Shown here: piece by piece, positions 61,622 through 64,000 of the stretch
Numbering within the stretch: position 1 is the first letter of the stretch
Layout of the letters: the number at the start of each line of letters is the position of its first letter
Assembly (NCBI GenBank): GCA_963734535.1
Contig: CAVTHS010000007.1
Coordinates: 96,001 to 160,000 of the forward strand
Length of the DNA: 64,000 bases
Source of the DNA: an uncultured Chloroflexia bacterium
GTDB taxonomy: Bacteria > Chloroflexota > Limnocylindria > Limnocylindrales > CSP1-4
Reading direction: 5' to 3'
Position numbers and translations under genes: made by a program
Notes under the pieces: model-generated
Seen by the model: the letters and a program-made list of their open reading frames with translations, nothing else
What the model was told of the DNA's origin: nothing
Databases searched by the model: none

Positions 61622-63097
61622 TTGGTGCACAGTGACGAGTCGACTGAACGGGATCACCGTGCCAAGACAACGCCGGGCGATGACTTCAAGGGAAAGGCGG
61701 GAATCCCGCACGTGAGCCGTTCGCTCGAGACATGGCGACCGAAGTACTGGACGATCATCCGTTCCAGCGCCGCGCAGTTCCTCACCCCGCACGCAGATCC
61801 GGCGGCACGAATCTATCGTGACCTGCTGCAGCCGAAACTGTCGGAGGACATGCGGCACGAATTGCGCTCACTGGCGGCGGGAGTAGTTCGGCTGGCGCAG
61901 GGGTTCCTCGCCTCCATTGCCGGGAGGCGGCCCGCACGGTCGCGTTCAAGGCAACCCTACCTGCTGCTGGTCACGCCCAGGGAGTGACAAGTACGCACGT
62001 GAAGAGCGAGAGGTCAAGCAGGCATGTGCGGCACGAGGACTGCCCATCCTGAGGGTCCACTCCGACACGAGGGGGATCGCGTCGGATGACGATAGGGACC
62101 CTGCTGTTGCGGGATGTTCTCACCCCTCTCGATTACTGCCGGGTGCTGTGTCTTTGGCTGGCACGGTGCGCTGGTGCAATGCGCTGGTGGTTCTCCGGTG
62201 ATCGCAAGGCAAGAAGTCTCTCCGTTGCCGCGATACCCGGCATTCGTCAGTACTACCTCGATCGTGCCTTCGCCCGGCGGATCGAATCGCTCCACGGCAG
62301 ACCGCGCGCGGTCCTGACCATCTCCCCCTGGTCGGACGTGTCGGTGGCGATCGTCGACCACATGAGGAAACGCGCGATCGCTACTGCCGGCATCAGAACC
62401 CAGACCACCCTTCAGCTCGAAGAGCACCTGGTGATCAACACGGACGTGCTGTTCTGCAAGGGTGTTTGGGAGAAGGGATTGTATGCCCGTCTCTTTGGTG
62501 GGCATGGCCCCGCCCTGGTGGATGGATGTCTGCTCAGTCTGCCCGAGGAGTACGATCTCGAACCCCTTGCCCTGCCCGACGATTTTGTCCTGCTGTTGGG
62601 CACCGCGCGCCAATTCAACCAGGACGAGACGGACTACCGGGACGCCTGCCGCCTGCTTGAACAGGTGGCGGAGGCTTCGGGTTTGCCTGTTGTCTACAGA
62701 GCGCATCCTGCTCACGCTGAAGATGCGACCCAATTCATGAGCCGAAACGCCGCCCGTGGGAACGCCGTTGTTGTCACCGATATCCGTCGCAACCGCGAGT
62801 TGATCGATCGGGCATCGCTGATCGTCTCTGCGCACACCACGCTTCTCTACCAGGCGATGCTTATCGGGGATACCGGCGGTCATCGTCAACGCGGACGCGC
62901 CGGGCTCCCCGTCGGACGAGTTCCACGGCTCGCCCCTGACACGCGTCGAGCCTGAGCAGCTGGACCGTATCAAGGACTACGACTGGCGAGCCCTCCGCGA
63001 CTCCGCCGAGCACGCACGAGAGTGGTTCAGCCGCAACTACTTCCTCGACAAGGGCGCCGCGTTCCTGGTGGATTCCCTCCTTGAGCACGCTCCGTGA
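61622..63097 (+). CDS. Hypothetical GT-B-like polysaccharide biosynthesis protein (frameshifts near 61980, 62070, 62868)
   Basis: ORFs 61622..61987, 61917..62201 and 62086..62955 plus the tail IPAVIVN...LLEHAP* join into one protein with YRAHP and SAHTTLLYQAMLIG. Confidence 0.6.
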
Positions 63098-63104
63098 TGC
63101 GGTG

Positions 63105-64000
63105 ATGCAGATCCTCCTCGTAAGCCCGGGAATGCCCTTTCCGGGGGAAGCCGGCTCTCCTCGGACATACAACCTGGCCAGGCGTCTCTCTGCGCGGCAC
63201 GACATCGCATTGCTCCTTCTCTCGTCGGCCGGAGATGGGTACGACGGGGACCTCGCCAAGTTCGAAGCCGAGGATGCCCCCTTTGCCTCGGTGACGGCGG
63301 CAACGGTGCACCAGGGCGTCGGCTCGGTGGGCGCGAGACTGGCGAACGCCCTGATCGGCAATCCCTGGTTCGCCACCCGCTGGATTCGCGGGAGCGAGCA
63401 CGCACGGGCCGTTGCCGCGGTCCGGAGGGCGAGCAACGGCAAGGATGTGGTCTGGGTTGACAGCCTGCCGATGCTCCAGTATGTCGAGAGCTCCGGGTTG
63501 CCCCTGGTCGTCGACGAGATCGACTACGTCAGCAGGCTCTCGTTCGCTGAGGCCGGGGCGCGAACCACGCTCCTGGGGAGGCTGCTGGGCCGCTGGCGCG
63601 CTTCGCTCGTACGAAGGTACGAGAGACGGCACCTCAAGAATGCCGACGCGGTGGTTCTCATCTCACGCGTCGAGGCGGAGATGATGCTCGGCGACATCGG
63701 GGTGAGAGCCGACGTGGTGTTGAACGGTTGCGACACCGATTTCTTCGTTCCCACCAGCGAAGCGCCGTCACTGCCCGGGTCGCCATCCCTCCTGTTCGTC
63801 GGGAATTTCCGGTATGAGCCGAACCACGATGCGGCAACGTACATACTGGACGAACTCACGGGTAGCATCGTCGAGGCATTTCCCGAGGCACGGATCCATC
63901 TCGTCGGTCCCCCACCGGACCCGGGATTCGTGAATGTTCCCGACCAGGTTGAGGTGGTCGGCTTCGTTGATGACGTCAGGCCCTACTACGCGGGCGCGGA
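63105..64000 (+). CDS. GT4 family glycosyltransferase, 3' truncated by the window edge
   Basis: MQILLVSPGMPFP...RTYNL...NGCDTDFF...LLFVGNFRYEPNHDA...VGFVDDVRPYY; open to the window end and therefore absent from the ORF track. Confidence 0.88.
   Translation, partial: MQILLVSPGMPFPGEAGSPRTYNLARRLSARHDIALLLLSSAGDGYDGDLAKFEAEDAPFASVTAATVHQGVGSVGARLANALIGNPWFATRWIRGSEHARAVAAVRRASNGKDVVWVDSLPMLQYVESSGLPLVVDEIDYVSRLSFAEAGARTTLLGRLLGRWRASLVRRYERRHLKNADAVVLISRVEAEMMLGDIGVRADVVLNGCDTDFFVPTSEAPSLPGSPSLLFVGNFRYEPNHDAATYILDELTGSIVEAFPEARIHLVGPPPDPGFVNVPDQVEVVGFVDDVRPYYAGA

Overview
Very GC-rich bacterial DNA. Gene content and protein style suggest Chloroflexota (possibly Limnocylindria), but this is my inference only. 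Positions 1-40.5 kb look like core genome: S8 protease, MFS-cNMP fusion, ogt, copA, fabF-fabF-fabD with a divergent MarR gene, LLM oxidoreductase, ilvD, MarP, eda, S9 and M28 peptidases, leuDC, an ilvBNC-leuA-leuB-cimA operon, pheA, DUF853 ATPase, PPK2, aldehyde dehydrogenase and alkA. From about 40.5 kb to the end there is a broken AbrB/PIN toxin-antitoxin pair followed by a visibly less GC-rich surface-polysaccharide cluster (VanZ, CapD-like, nucleotide-sugar dehydrogenase, Wzc-like kinase, priming transferase, GT4/GT2, O-antigen ligase/Wzy-like, epimerase, acetyl- and pyruvyl-transferases, two Pro/Thr-stalked beta-helix proteins). Many genes carry small frameshifts, most likely assembly errors. 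The best hidden signals are: (1) a c-di-GMP-I (GEMM-I) riboswitch with A at the G20 position, the signature of 3',3'-cGAMP sensing, overlapping the RBS of a surface-protein gene; (2) a Leu(CTT)-rich leader-peptide attenuator before ilvB; (3) a stand-alone LeuA-type regulatory-domain gene after cimA; (4) an S8 protease next to a DVxGH-repeat/TPR-like protein and an MFS-cNMP fusion; (5) CopA with a C-terminal membrane-anchored cupredoxin-like domain. No tRNA, rRNA, CRISPR array or transposase was recognised. All family calls come from reading motifs by eye; no searches were run.
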